This document shows positions 9,190 through 18,176 of a DNA stretch of 64,000 nt, in pieces (positions within the stretch are counted from its first letter, which is position 1; every line of letters begins with the position of its first letter). Origin of the DNA: Thermoplasmatota archaeon (GTDB lineage Archaea; Thermoplasmatota; Thermoplasmata; UBA10834). The notes under the pieces are model-generated. The model saw nothing but the letters and a program-made list of their open reading frames with translations. It made no database searches and was not told where the DNA came from. The position numbers were made by a program, and so were the translations under genes. The stretch spans positions 128,001 to 192,000 of the forward strand of contig JBFMHR010000004.1 in assembly GCA_040751795.1 (NCBI GenBank), read 5' to 3'.

Positions 9190-10071
9190 ATGGCTGGTTC
9201 CAAGTGTCCGAAGTGCGGCGAGAAGCCCCACTACGTCGAACACATCTCCAAGTGGTACTGCTACGACTGCAACACCTACATGGAGGCCGAGGTGAGCGAG
9301 GTCGAGCCGGTGGCCGAGGCCGCGTCCGCCGGGCCGAAGGTCGCCCCCCACGGCGACTTCATGGACTACTCTGACGATCACGAGGCCGAGGCCGCGCCAG
9401 CGGCCGCCGAGGAGGCCGCGGAGCCGGTCAAGCCGGCCCCCGCGGTGCCCGTGGCGGCGCCGGAGCCGAGGCCCGCGCCGGCGGCGAAGGCCGAGCCCGG
9501 GGTGCGGATGTGCCCCACGTGCGGCCAGGCCATGAAGTGGATCGAGAAGTACCAGAGGCACTACTGCTACGGCTGCAAGAAGTATGCGCCGAAGGAGGAC
9601 AAGCCCAAGGAGGAGCCGAAGGCGGCTCCAGCGGCTGAGATGAAGACGTGCCCCGAGTGCCACGGCGCGCTCAAGTACGTGGACAAGTACAGCGAGTGGT
9701 ACTGCTACAAATGCAAGAAGTACCCGCTGAGGAAGAAGAAGCAGGAGGCGGCGAAGCCGGCCGAGGTCAGGCCGGCGGAGCCGAAGCCTGTCGAGCCCAA
9801 GCCGGCGGAGGCCAAGCCGGCCGTGTCCACGCCCGCGCCCCCGGCCGAGAAGGCCGAGAAGGCGTGCCCGAAGTGCGGGAAGCCGCTGAAGTGGATCGAG
9901 AAGTACGAGAGACACTACTGCCACGAGTGCAAGGCATACGCCCCGAAGGAGGCGAAGGTGTGCCCGGCGTGCAACGAGCCCATGAAGTTCGTGCCGCAGT
10001 ACAACGAGTGGTACTGCTACAAGTGCAAGAAGTACTCGCTGAGGCCGAGCAAGCCGATCCTCCTTCTCTAA
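9190..10071 (+). CDS. Protein with five zinc-ribbon repeats and Pro/Ala/Glu/Lys linkers
   Basis: Five CPxC-x~12-(W/H)YCxxCxxY units. Confidence 0.85.
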   Translation: MAGSKCPKCGEKPHYVEHISKWYCYDCNTYMEAEVSEVEPVAEAASAGPKVAPHGDFMDYSDDHEAEAAPAAAEEAAEPVKPAPAVPVAAPEPRPAPAAKAEPGVRMCPTCGQAMKWIEKYQRHYCYGCKKYAPKEDKPKEEPKAAPAAEMKTCPECHGALKYVDKYSEWYCYKCKKYPLRKKKQEAAKPAEVRPAEPKPVEPKPAEAKPAVSTPAPPAEKAEKACPKCGKPLKWIEKYERHYCHECKAYAPKEAKVCPACNEPMKFVPQYNEWYCYKCKKYSLRPSKPILLL

Positions 10072-10201
10072 ACCCTTCCCAAACCCCGTCCCACCCCTTT
10101 CTCGACCCAAACCATATCCCCAGGGGGTTCCCTGGAGGAGCTTTATTATCCGACCGACGATTCACGGTCAGCGTCTTGGACGACCTGCGGGGGTTCATGG
10201 A

Positions 10202-10702
10202 GTGGCCGAGAAGAGGGTCGGGCTCATACCTAGAGTGCTACAGCCAGGCGGGTCGAGCGCCTATTCGGTGCTCGTGACCAGCGAAAGGATCCTGTTGATA
10301 CCCGACAAGCCCCCCGAGCCGCGTCCGATGGAGGCGCTCCGGATGATGTTCTCCGAGAGGGGGGAGGCGCCGGCGCTCAGTCCCGTCGACTATCGGACCG
10401 ATGATCTGGACGAGATAGCGGCCAGGGATGGCAGCGTGGCGATACCCCTCATTGCCGTGAAGAGGGCGATGGTCGAGAACGTGCTCGGTACCTACATGAT
10501 GACCATCGAGCAGGCGCACGAAGGCGGCAAGAGCCTGTCCAACATCATAGTCCTAGCCCCTCCTTCCGAGCTAGTGAAGGAGAACAAGGGGGCGGGCCTC
10601 TCGGCGCGGGAGACCAAGCTCAGGTACGCCCGCAAGTGCCAGGAGCTGGTGCGGCGCGTCCTGACACCTACAATCATCTCAGAGGGGAAGTGGTTGGATT
10701 GA
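10202..10702 (+). CDS. Hypothetical protein (possible PH-like fold)
   Basis: 166 aa ORF with YSVLVTSERILLI and VAIPLIAVKRAMVE; TTTATTAT box upstream. Confidence 0.6.
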   Translation: MAEKRVGLIPRVLQPGGSSAYSVLVTSERILLIPDKPPEPRPMEALRMMFSERGEAPALSPVDYRTDDLDEIAARDGSVAIPLIAVKRAMVENVLGTYMMTIEQAHEGGKSLSNIIVLAPPSELVKENKGAGLSARETKLRYARKCQELVRRVLTPTIISEGKWLD

Positions 10703-11259
10703 GGCTCGCCGGCGTCCTCTTCATCGCGGGCCTGATATTGTCCGCCGTCGGGGCCGCCCTCCTATTCACGATAGAGAACATCGAGCTAGTCGGGGACGAG
10801 GTCCTCGTCGTGCCGGAGGGCCAGGGCGGGTACGCGTACCTCGAGGTCGACATGGGCACCGGCGGCCCCATAGAGGGGACGTACGAGAGTCTCAACGGTA
10901 CCCCGGTCCAGGTCAGCGTCATGGACCAGGGTCAATTCGAGGACTTCCTGGACGGGCTCGATGGCGGGTCGCGGACCACAGTCATTGGCCTCTCAGGCGA
11001 CTTCAACGTCGAGCAGGTGGACATGGAGACATGCCACATCTTGGTGCAGCATGCCGCTGGGATGGAGGCCGGACAGTGGGTGAGGGTCGAATACACTGTC
11101 ACGAACACGGACTACCCCATGACGTTCGCATCCACCGCCGTCTTCATGGCAGGCGGTGTGATGGTCGCCTTCGCGTTCCACCCCAGGCTCAGAGGAAGGG
11201 CCAAGACACAGCGGCCTGCCGCCACCGGCCCCATCGACGTGATGTTCTTCGACGAGTAG
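10699..11259 (+). CDS. Hypothetical membrane protein (TM - beta domain - TM)
   Basis: TTG start overlapping the previous stop (TTGA); two hydrophobic segments flanking an acidic beta-rich domain. Confidence 0.6.
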   Translation: MRLAGVLFIAGLILSAVGAALLFTIENIELVGDEVLVVPEGQGGYAYLEVDMGTGGPIEGTYESLNGTPVQVSVMDQGQFEDFLDGLDGGSRTTVIGLSGDFNVEQVDMETCHILVQHAAGMEAGQWVRVEYTVTNTDYPMTFASTAVFMAGGVMVAFAFHPRLRGRAKTQRPAATGPIDVMFFDE

Positions 11260-11279
11260 GTTCCAGTCGCAGCGGGAGG

Positions 11280-11352
11280 AGCCACCGGGGAGGTTCGAAC
11301 TCCCGACCTGCTGATTACAAATCAGCTGCTCTTCCGGCTGAGCTACGGTGGC
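11280..11352 (-). tRNA. tRNA-Thr(TGT)
   Basis: GCCACCG/CGGTGGC acceptor, GCTGA-TT-TGT-AA-TCAGC anticodon arm, GGGAG-TTCGAAC-CTCCC T arm. Confidence 0.95.
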
Positions 11353-11519
11353 GTGGGTGCGGCCTGCTGAGTAATCAGGCAGCCCACATATAGCTTTTCA
11401 CGGGGCTGCGTTGCCAGCGGGCCGCCTAGCCAGATGGTTACCGCCGGTCCCCGCAGGGCATAACCTTTAAATGGTGGCGCTGTATCCGCAGACATCGCGC
11501 TTGAAGCGGTGATGAGCCA

Positions 11520-12377
11520 ATGACCGAGAAGGAAGGTGCCAAGAAGCACCACGCCAAGGACGAGGAGAAGAAGGAGGCCGGGGCCAAGGTCGAGGCCGGC
11601 GACATAGTGATGGTGGAGTACGAGGCCTGGGTGGAGGACACCAAGGAGCTCTTCGACACCACGAGCGAGTCCGTCGCCAAGGACAACGGCATATTCAACG
11701 AGAAGATGGTCTACGGGCCGCAGCCGCTGATCGTGGGCAAGGGGAGGCTCTTCCCTGGCCTGGACGAGCACATGGCGAAGGCCGAGGTCGGGAAGGACTA
11801 CGAGGTCCTCATACCCCCGGAGAAGGGCGCCGGCGCCAGGGACCCGAAGCTGGTCGAGCTGCACCCGGTGAGGGAGTTCCTGAGGCAGGAGATCGAGCCC
11901 AGGGTCGGGCTCGAGGTCACGGTCAAGAACAGGCCGGGCTACATCACGGCCGTCACGGCGGGCCGCGTCAGGGTCGACTTCAACAACAAGCTCGCCGGCC
12001 GCACGCTGAGGTACAAGTACAAGGTCGTGGAGAAGCCGACGAAGCAGAAGGAGGTCGCGGAGCTCATACTCAAGATGGCCTACGGCACATCGGAGGGCTT
12101 CGACGTCGAGCACCACGGCAAGGAGTACAAGGTCAAGCTCCCCGACTCGTGCAAGTACGACCAGAGGTGGATCCTCGCCAAGTACGGCGTGGTCAGGGAC
12201 CTCAGGGAGGTCCTCGGGGCGGAGACCGTCTCCTTCATCGAGGAGTACGCCAAGCCCGAGAAGAAGGAGGAGCCCAAGGAGGAGCCGAAGGCGGAGAAGC
12301 CCGCCGAGGCCGCCCCCGAGGGGAAGGCCGAGGAGAAGGCCCCCGAGGAGCTGTCGGAAGAGGACAGGAAGGAGTGA
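11520..12377 (+). CDS. slyD: FKBP-type peptidyl-prolyl isomerase, long archaeal SlyD type
   Basis: GDIVMVEY, LFDTT, VGKGRLFPGLD, IPPEKG, VRVDFNNKLAG; acidic tail. Confidence 0.9.
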   Translation: MTEKEGAKKHHAKDEEKKEAGAKVEAGDIVMVEYEAWVEDTKELFDTTSESVAKDNGIFNEKMVYGPQPLIVGKGRLFPGLDEHMAKAEVGKDYEVLIPPEKGAGARDPKLVELHPVREFLRQEIEPRVGLEVTVKNRPGYITAVTAGRVRVDFNNKLAGRTLRYKYKVVEKPTKQKEVAELILKMAYGTSEGFDVEHHGKEYKVKLPDSCKYDQRWILAKYGVVRDLREVLGAETVSFIEEYAKPEKKEEPKEEPKAEKPAEAAPEGKAEEKAPEELSEEDRKE

Positions 12378-12436
12378 GCCCACTCCGGCACATATATATC
12401 CGCAGGCGCCCAGTGACGGGCGGCCTGCCCACACGC

Positions 12437-12511
12437 GGGCGCGTGGCCTAGTCAGGATATGGCACTTGCCTCCTAAGCAAGCGGTCAAGGGTTCGAATCC
12501 CTTCGCGCCCG
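12437..12511 (+). tRNA. tRNA-Arg(CCT), integration target (attL)
   Basis: GGGCGCG/CGCGCCC acceptor, CTTGC-CT-CCT-AA-GCAAG anticodon arm, AAGGG-TTCGAAT-CCCTT T arm. Confidence 0.96.
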
Positions 12512-12514
12512 CTC

Positions 12515-13648
12515 TCACGCATAACCAGTATAATCGGCTCTCGGTTCAATCAGGGGGGAATTGAGCCTCGGAGCTGGTGCCGGCTTCTCGAAGGCTCGGA
12601 CGATTTCGAGCCTCGCGGAGTCGGCGTCTTTTCGGCAATAGTATCTCTCGGTGGTAAGGGTCGAGGAATGCCCAAGAGCGAGTGAGACACTCTCAAGCGA
12701 GACGCCCCGGTTCAGCAGGTTCTGTCCATAGGTCCTGCGGAGAGTCCTCAGCTCGAAGCGCACGCCTGACCGCTCTTCGACTTTCCTCTTCACCCTTCTC
12801 AAGTGGTTTGAGCTGTAGAACCCCGTAGGGTTCTCCAGCGGACAAACAAGCGGCTTTGCCTCAAGCAGCCCTCGCTCTGCAAGCATCTGTTCCCTTGCCT
12901 TGAGGTACCTTGCCACAGCGGACCTGAGAGGTTGGGGGATTGCCACGATTCGGTGGTCTCCGTATCTCGATTCTCCCTTGGGGTGCCGCACCTTCAGAGT
13001 CCACTGGACCGTATCCAGGTCCGAGAACTCCGCCTTCCTAAGCTCGCCAGGCCTGAGGCCCGTGTATGCATGGGTGGCTATCAGGAACCGTGCAATCTCC
13101 CCGGTCCAGCCACCTAGATTCGCTGCTGCCTTGAGAGCACTCTCAAGCTCTTCGACTGCAAGGCTCGGGCCTCTTGTTGAGACCCTCTTGGGGAAAAGGT
13201 GAGGCTTGCATGATTTCATCCTGTCCAGAACACCGTTCCCTGAGAACCTAAGCAGGGCCTGCAGGTTCTCGACCTCCTTGGATTGTGTTCCAAGAGACCA
13301 TTGACGTCTCCTGATGTCCAGCAGGATAGCCGAAACCTCTCGTTCTCCCCAGTTGCATGGATTGCGTTCCAGCAGAGGGTCCCCTCGGCAGAGCTTCTCA
13401 TATCGGCTAGCGAATGCTCTAAGCTTGCGTCCTCGCTCTGTAAGAGTCGCCTCAGCCAGGTACTGCTTGTTTGCGTCCATGTACTTCTCTATGGCCGTTC
13501 TCAGAGGGTATCGTCCCATTGACCGACACCCCCTCTTGCGTCCACGCCTCTTTTTATCCACCGAGAGAGTACCATTGCGACATTGCCGAGTCGCATTGTC
13601 TCCCTCGGAAGGGACATTGACGGGACGGGACGTTAAGTTATCGGACAT
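12515..13648 (-). CDS. Tyrosine recombinase / integrase
   Basis: YTGLRPGEL (R), HPKG (K), RTLRRTYG, LGHSS, TTERYY (Y); alternative start MGRYPL at 13519; stop codon lies inside the 24-bp att duplication. Confidence 0.95.
   Translation of the reverse strand: MSDNLTSRPVNVPSEGDNATRQCRNGTLSVDKKRRGRKRGCRSMGRYPLRTAIEKYMDANKQYLAEATLTERGRKLRAFASRYEKLCRGDPLLERNPCNWGEREVSAILLDIRRRQWSLGTQSKEVENLQALLRFSGNGVLDRMKSCKPHLFPKRVSTRGPSLAVEELESALKAAANLGGWTGEIARFLIATHAYTGLRPGELRKAEFSDLDTVQWTLKVRHPKGESRYGDHRIVAIPQPLRSAVARYLKAREQMLAERGLLEAKPLVCPLENPTGFYSSNHLRRVKRKVEERSGVRFELRTLRRTYGQNLLNRGVSLESVSLALGHSSTLTTERYYCRKDADSARLEIVRAFEKPAPAPRLNSPLIEPRADYTGYA
12521..12575 (+). repeat. Left-arm motif of the element, within the integrase 3' end; inverted relative to the right-arm copies
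   Basis: ATAACCAGTAT-N13-TTCAATCAG-N6-ATTGAGCC-T-CGGAGCT is an imperfect reverse complement of 23014-23066. Confidence 0.75.
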
Positions 13649-13651
13649 TTC

Positions 13652-14305
13652 CTAAGCCTTCGGTTCACCGACCAATTCACTAGGGGCCTCGACCCCCTCC
13701 TTATTCAATCGCGCCCTAGCCGTTACATACGAAACGCCAAACCTCTTCGCAATCTTCCTGTATCCAAGCCCCTGGGACCTTAGTTCACGCGCTAGAGCCA
13801 TATCGATGGCCTTCCTGGGCCTCCCCAATGACCTCCCCTCTGACTTCACCCTCTCAAGGCCTGCTTTGGTCCTTTCAACGATAAGGGCCCTCTCGAACTC
13901 CGCTATCTCGCCTAGAATGCCAACCAGAAGCCTACCCGTCGGAGTATTGGTCGAGAATGGCTGGTCCGAGCACTCGAACTTGATGCCCCGTTCCTCGAGC
14001 TCCCCGATAATCTGCTTGAGATTCAGGGATGAACGGGCAATCCTGTCGATCTTGGTGGTGAGGACCAGCCCGAACCTTCGAGCCCTAGCGTCATTCATCA
14101 TTCGTTTCAGGTTAGGACGATTAGGGTCTGCGCCCGAAGCCACGTCTTGATAGGTACTGTAAACGTCCCACCCCCTGGCGTGGGCGTACTCCCTTAACCG
14201 GATGAGCTGGTTCTCATTGGTCTGCCCGTCGGCCGTCGACACCCTTGCATAGAGAGCGACTTTCAGTCTCCTGTCATCCTTTGCCGTATTTCCTGATTCA
14301 TCCAT
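13652..14305 (-). CDS. Small serine recombinase (resolvase/invertase) with C-terminal HTH
   Basis: VALYARVST, RPNL, KIDRIARS, AEFERALIVERTKAG, LGRP, HTH GYRKIAKRFGVS; ATG overlaps the upstream stop. Confidence 0.93.
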   Translation of the reverse strand: MDESGNTAKDDRRLKVALYARVSTADGQTNENQLIRLREYAHARGWDVYSTYQDVASGADPNRPNLKRMMNDARARRFGLVLTTKIDRIARSSLNLKQIIGELEERGIKFECSDQPFSTNTPTGRLLVGILGEIAEFERALIVERTKAGLERVKSEGRSLGRPRKAIDMALARELRSQGLGYRKIAKRFGVSYVTARARLNKEGVEAPSELVGEPKA

Positions 14306-15239
14306 ACGAAATGTCTCCCCCGTCCTTCCTGTGCTCATAGGGATATTCCCCGTCAATTTGCCCTCCGAGAAGGCGTAGCAGGAGCTCCATCGTCCTGGCC
14401 TCGCTCTCTGCCAGCTTCTCGATAATCTCCTTGACATCGTCAACCGCTTTGCTGAGCTTATCAAGAACATCGAGAATCCTGACGTTGAAGTCGGCCTGAT
14501 TCACTAGACCTTTGATTCCATCTCTGATATTGTGGTCAGATTTTTGACACCTTATGTCCATCTCAGCAGGATAATGGGACGAACCGAACTGTGTTGGTCT
14601 ACCCCCGATTGTGAGCCTTTCCCCTTTGATGTCGACCGGCAAACAGAAGTCTGTCCTGGCCCTCCCCTCGCTCATCAACTTCAGTAGATACTCTAGGAAC
14701 TCCTTCCCGAAATGACGTTCAACCGCTGCCCTCCAGTATGGTCGATAGAAGAACTGCCCTCGCCTAGACCTGCCGTTGACAGTTAGCGTGAAGGACTGGG
14801 TCCTCAGGGTATACTGGTCATTCCCCCTCTCGCCCTTCGCTATCAGAGTATCCATCCATTCGGCGGTGAGGTCGACTAGCAGGTAGGTCCTGTGCTCGTC
14901 GTAATCAGTGAATTCATTACCGGGAAGGGAGGGGGTTACCATTATCCAGGGTTTGTCAGAACTCCCCTCGATGTAACTGATTGCCCATTCCCTGTTCTTG
15001 ATTCTATATAGTCTGTGCCCCTTCGAGTTTAGTCCCGGACTCGTCGCGATGCCCAATTTGACAAATCGTCTCAGGGCCTTCTCGATTGATGCCTTCTTAG
15101 TACCCCTCTTCTTGAACTCTGGACATTTGATGATGTCGTCGGCTGTGAACCCCCGAGATGATGAATACTGATTGCACAACGTTAGTAAGCGTTGGAGAAC
15201 GATAACCTGAGCCGACCGAAGCCTTCTCAGATGACACAC
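14298..15239 (-). CDS. Hypothetical protein with N-terminal winged-helix; candidate replication/maintenance protein
   Basis: FTADDI..SIEKALRRFVKLGIA..RLYRI resembles wHTH; lies between the RHH and resolvase genes; the Rep role is inference only. Confidence 0.6.
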   Translation of the reverse strand: MCHLRRLRSAQVIVLQRLLTLCNQYSSSRGFTADDIIKCPEFKKRGTKKASIEKALRRFVKLGIATSPGLNSKGHRLYRIKNREWAISYIEGSSDKPWIMVTPSLPGNEFTDYDEHRTYLLVDLTAEWMDTLIAKGERGNDQYTLRTQSFTLTVNGRSRRGQFFYRPYWRAAVERHFGKEFLEYLLKLMSEGRARTDFCLPVDIKGERLTIGGRPTQFGSSHYPAEMDIRCQKSDHNIRDGIKGLVNQADFNVRILDVLDKLSKAVDDVKEIIEKLAESEARTMELLLRLLGGQIDGEYPYEHRKDGGDISYG

Positions 15240-15358
15240 CCTCTAGGGCGAGAGACATAGGGACTGTCCGTCGGTCCTGCACACTGGCTCAGTCAATGAG
15301 TGGGGGATGAGGGTAGGGAGTAACGTCCTCGCTCTCACCTTCATGACATTTGGGTCGA

Positions 15359-15565
15359 TCATTGACCGCCCCCCGACGCTTGGTCCTTGCGGTATAGCTC
15401 GTAGACCGCTTCTCGCACAACACTCGCTTTTGATGACCCTAGCGCCCTGCTCCTCTTGGTTACCCAGTCGGCCAGGTTCGGTGGCAACGTGAAGATAAAT
15501 CGTTCGCCGGGTCCATCATCAACCGCGCTCACATTGGGGTTTGCTCTTGTTTTTCTCTTGAACAT
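15359..15565 (-). CDS. Ribbon-helix-helix (CopG-like) regulator
   Basis: RFIFTLPPNLADWVTKRSRALGSSKASVVREAV RHH pattern; AGGAG upstream. Confidence 0.75.
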   Translation of the reverse strand: MFKRKTRANPNVSAVDDGPGERFIFTLPPNLADWVTKRSRALGSSKASVVREAVYELYRKDQASGGGQ

Positions 15566-15622
15566 TGTTGTTCTTCTCCTTTGTTGTTGTTCTTCTCCGG
15601 GGTTCCATGTCCATCCTCCTCA

Positions 15623-15695
15623 GGACCCCGACCCTCGGGGTCCCGTCTTCCTGCTTCTCTCCGCTTGTTAGATGCGTGCTTTTGATATATAAGTG
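15623..15695 (-). promoter_or_regulatory. Promoter of the core operon with a perfect palindrome in the leader
   Basis: TTATATAT box near 15685-15692; GGACCCCGA-CCC-TCGGGGTCC at 15623-15643. Confidence 0.5.
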
Positions 15696-16055
15696 TTCCA
15701 GTATAATATAGGCCATATACTAAACGCCATCATCATATATCCGAAGTGCCATCACCCCCAACAGCCATAACTGACGAGCTTGAGTTGTACGCTGTTCTGG
15801 TGGGCTACCTGGTCTCGAAAACGGTCATTGAATCCGGCGTCGGGCGAGGGCGATAATTGACCTAATTCGACTATCTGGACGTTTCCCGGACCGTCGCGGA
15901 GATTGTCTCAAGTCGCATTTCTCGCGGGTCTAAATATATAGTATTAGTATGGGTAACGGTCCTTTTCTGAAAATGGATGCGAAGCGCGGCTCGAGAGGCA
16001 AAGAGACTAATCGGAGAATGGCCATCCGACTCTAGAGTGGGGTGGTTCAACGGCG

Positions 16056-16367
16056 GTGGAAGAAGACTTCGCGCTCTGTTGCACTGGGCTCATAATTATC
16101 GTGATTATCGCCGTGGTCTTGTGGGTCCTTGCGAAGGGCGCGGGAATCCTAGGGTCTCTCGGGCAGTGGAGGACAGGGTCCGCCCTTAAGCACATGTCTC
16201 GAGACGGTGTCACGATCCGGCAAGAGCCGCAATATCAACAGCCTCAGCAGGTGCACGGCTACCCGCCGCCCCAGGTGCAGGGTGCTGCCCGATTCTGCCC
16301 TTTCTGCGGGGCGCCAAGAATCGGTGGCGCAGCCTTCTGCCAGGGGTGCGGGAAGAGGATGCCATGA
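16056..16367 (+). CDS. Single-TM protein with C-terminal double zinc ribbon
   Basis: Hydrophobic IIIVIIAVVLWVLA; FCPFCG..FCQGCG. Confidence 0.75.
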   Translation: MEEDFALCCTGLIIIVIIAVVLWVLAKGAGILGSLGQWRTGSALKHMSRDGVTIRQEPQYQQPQQVHGYPPPQVQGAARFCPFCGAPRIGGAAFCQGCGKRMP

Positions 16368-16721
16368 CAATCGATACGGGGGGCTCAAGCTGGGCCTCCT
16401 GATAGGCTTCTCGCTCCTTGCTGGATGGGCGATAGCCTTGACCATATTCGGATGACCGTGCTCGAGCCAATGGCTTCGTCGTCGCGAAGGGTTCCCCTTC
16501 TTAGTATGTAATAGAATAACGGGACTGAACACCGAACACCGGACTTGATTGCGTGCATTGTGCGCTGTGCGCCTACATCAGAATAGTAGGAATAGTAGTA
16601 CTATGAGATTGACCAGGCGCATATCGCGCTTGAGAATTCTCGGTTTTGGGTGGCACCAAGACATATGTTATTTAATAGCGAAGTCTACCATCTATTCACC
16701 GCTGGTCTGGAGGAGACGCGA

Positions 16722-17906
16722 TTGAACGTGAATACCCACGACCCATTGAAGAAGACCCTCGGCTTGCTTGGCCCGTCATTCACTTGTGCCGTAATCACGG
16801 GACTATTCGTCTACGTAATGGTGACGCCAGACCTAATGGCGCTGATTATCTCAATCCTCGCAGGGTGGGTGTTCACGATGGTGATAATACTGTCCTGGTT
16901 TTTGGGTATCAGGGCAAAGACTAGCGGCCTGAAAAATGTCGCATACGGCCTGTTTGGCATACCAATGATAAAGCTCCCTGAGGACAGGATGGGGGAATCT
17001 GACAGAATCTATCGTGCGGGCCTGGAGACCCTGGAGGCGGATCGGGAGATTAAGGAAATCGATTTGCATCATCTACAATCCAGACTCGAAATACTCAACG
17101 CGGTAATCAAAGCCGGGCCGTATGCAATCATGTCATCGTTTGTTGCCGCAGGTTGGGCAGTCCTATCGGGTGAATCGACCGCACTGAATTCACTGCTTCT
17201 GCTCGCGGCATTCATTGTCATGCTGGTTGTGGGATGCAATCGGAAAGCCAAAGAGGCAGAAACAACACTTGGCACCCTGAAGCTCAACAAGAACAAGACA
17301 GAGGAACGATACAGAGTCAGAGAGGAGGAAGTCAAGGCAGACGCCCAGAAGGCGAAGGACGCGGCATCGGACGTCTTTGACCATTACTTCAGAGTCACGT
17401 TCAGCAGAGAGTTCTTCGACCAGCAAAGGAAGACGGCGCACAGCATGCTACCAGAGTCGACAAGTCTTAGGTCTACCAACTTGGCGTTTCGTCACAAAGA
17501 GTGCTTTAGACTAGCTACTGAGCTGAAGAAAAAGACAATCGAGTTCATTGACTGCGCCGAGGCCTGGAGGAGCCTGGTCGGCAGTATGGTCAAGTCAATC
17601 CAACCCGGGGCTCCCCACTTGGACCCCGGAGACCAGGAACGTAGGGTAGACGAGTTTTCTAGGTCTCTCATCTTCTGCATTTCCGAAAACATCGTCAAGC
17701 CGACCCAGATAGGACCCGTGTTGGACCGGAAGAAAATCGACGGTTCGTTCATCAAAGGTATTACTACCGTTCTTGAGCCACCTATCAGGTCGCTTCTTGA
17801 AGACCCTGGCCTGAAAGCGAAAGCGAGAGAGTTAGAAGGCTTAATGACCACAGGGGCAGAGCTAAAACGGAGCCTCTTGAGAGAGGTGTCAGTGCTTTAC
17901 GGATGA
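16722..17906 (+). CDS. Hypothetical 4-TM membrane protein with coiled-coil/helical C-terminal domain
   Basis: Two TM hairpins followed by a charged helical region; GGAGG at 16709 and TTATTTAATA upstream favour a start near 16722-16728. Confidence 0.7.
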   Translation: MNVNTHDPLKKTLGLLGPSFTCAVITGLFVYVMVTPDLMALIISILAGWVFTMVIILSWFLGIRAKTSGLKNVAYGLFGIPMIKLPEDRMGESDRIYRAGLETLEADREIKEIDLHHLQSRLEILNAVIKAGPYAIMSSFVAAGWAVLSGESTALNSLLLLAAFIVMLVVGCNRKAKEAETTLGTLKLNKNKTEERYRVREEEVKADAQKAKDAASDVFDHYFRVTFSREFFDQQRKTAHSMLPESTSLRSTNLAFRHKECFRLATELKKKTIEFIDCAEAWRSLVGSMVKSIQPGAPHLDPGDQERRVDEFSRSLIFCISENIVKPTQIGPVLDRKKIDGSFIKGITTVLEPPIRSLLEDPGLKAKARELEGLMTTGAELKRSLLREVSVLYG

Positions 17907-18076
17907 GCGTTGTGGTGGCAACTCAGGATCGCAAGTATTCCCGAGAAGCGCCTATAAGCCGCCGACAACGCTCAGATTGAGAAAAGTAAAGGGTTTAGGG
18001 GGTACTTTCGGGCCCCTCCAAGAACGCGATAAAACAGCAATTATGTACCTTTCAAGGTCGAGCCAGTCATTTTAGC

Positions 18077-18096
18077 GGGTTCAAATCCGGTTGAGC
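18077..18096 (+). repeat. tRNA T-arm-like relic site
   Basis: GGGTTCAAATCCGGTTGAGC, 19/20 identical to 20063-20082. Confidence 0.6.
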
Positions 18097-18130
18097 CTAC
18101 TGACAGAGTGAAGACCATAGGAGAGAAGAG

Positions 18131-18159
18131 AAGCCCTTAAGCCACCGACAGCGATTCGG
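18131..18159 (+). promoter_or_regulatory. Shared cassette promoter motif, copy 1
   Basis: CCCTTAAGCC-N7-GCGATTCGG; same spacing at 20798 and 21134. Confidence 0.65.
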
Positions 18160-18176
18160 ATGCGGAGGGAATCGGC

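Noticed and set aside
10134-11282. Mini-island at the tRNA-Thr 3' end containing two slightly lower-GC genes
   Set aside because: Only an 8-bp match (GGAGGAGC), mostly outside the tRNA, and no recombinase; not distinguishable from chance
12515-13648. SSV-type split integrase
   Set aside because: All catalytic motifs are in one intact ORF; att overlaps only the stop codon
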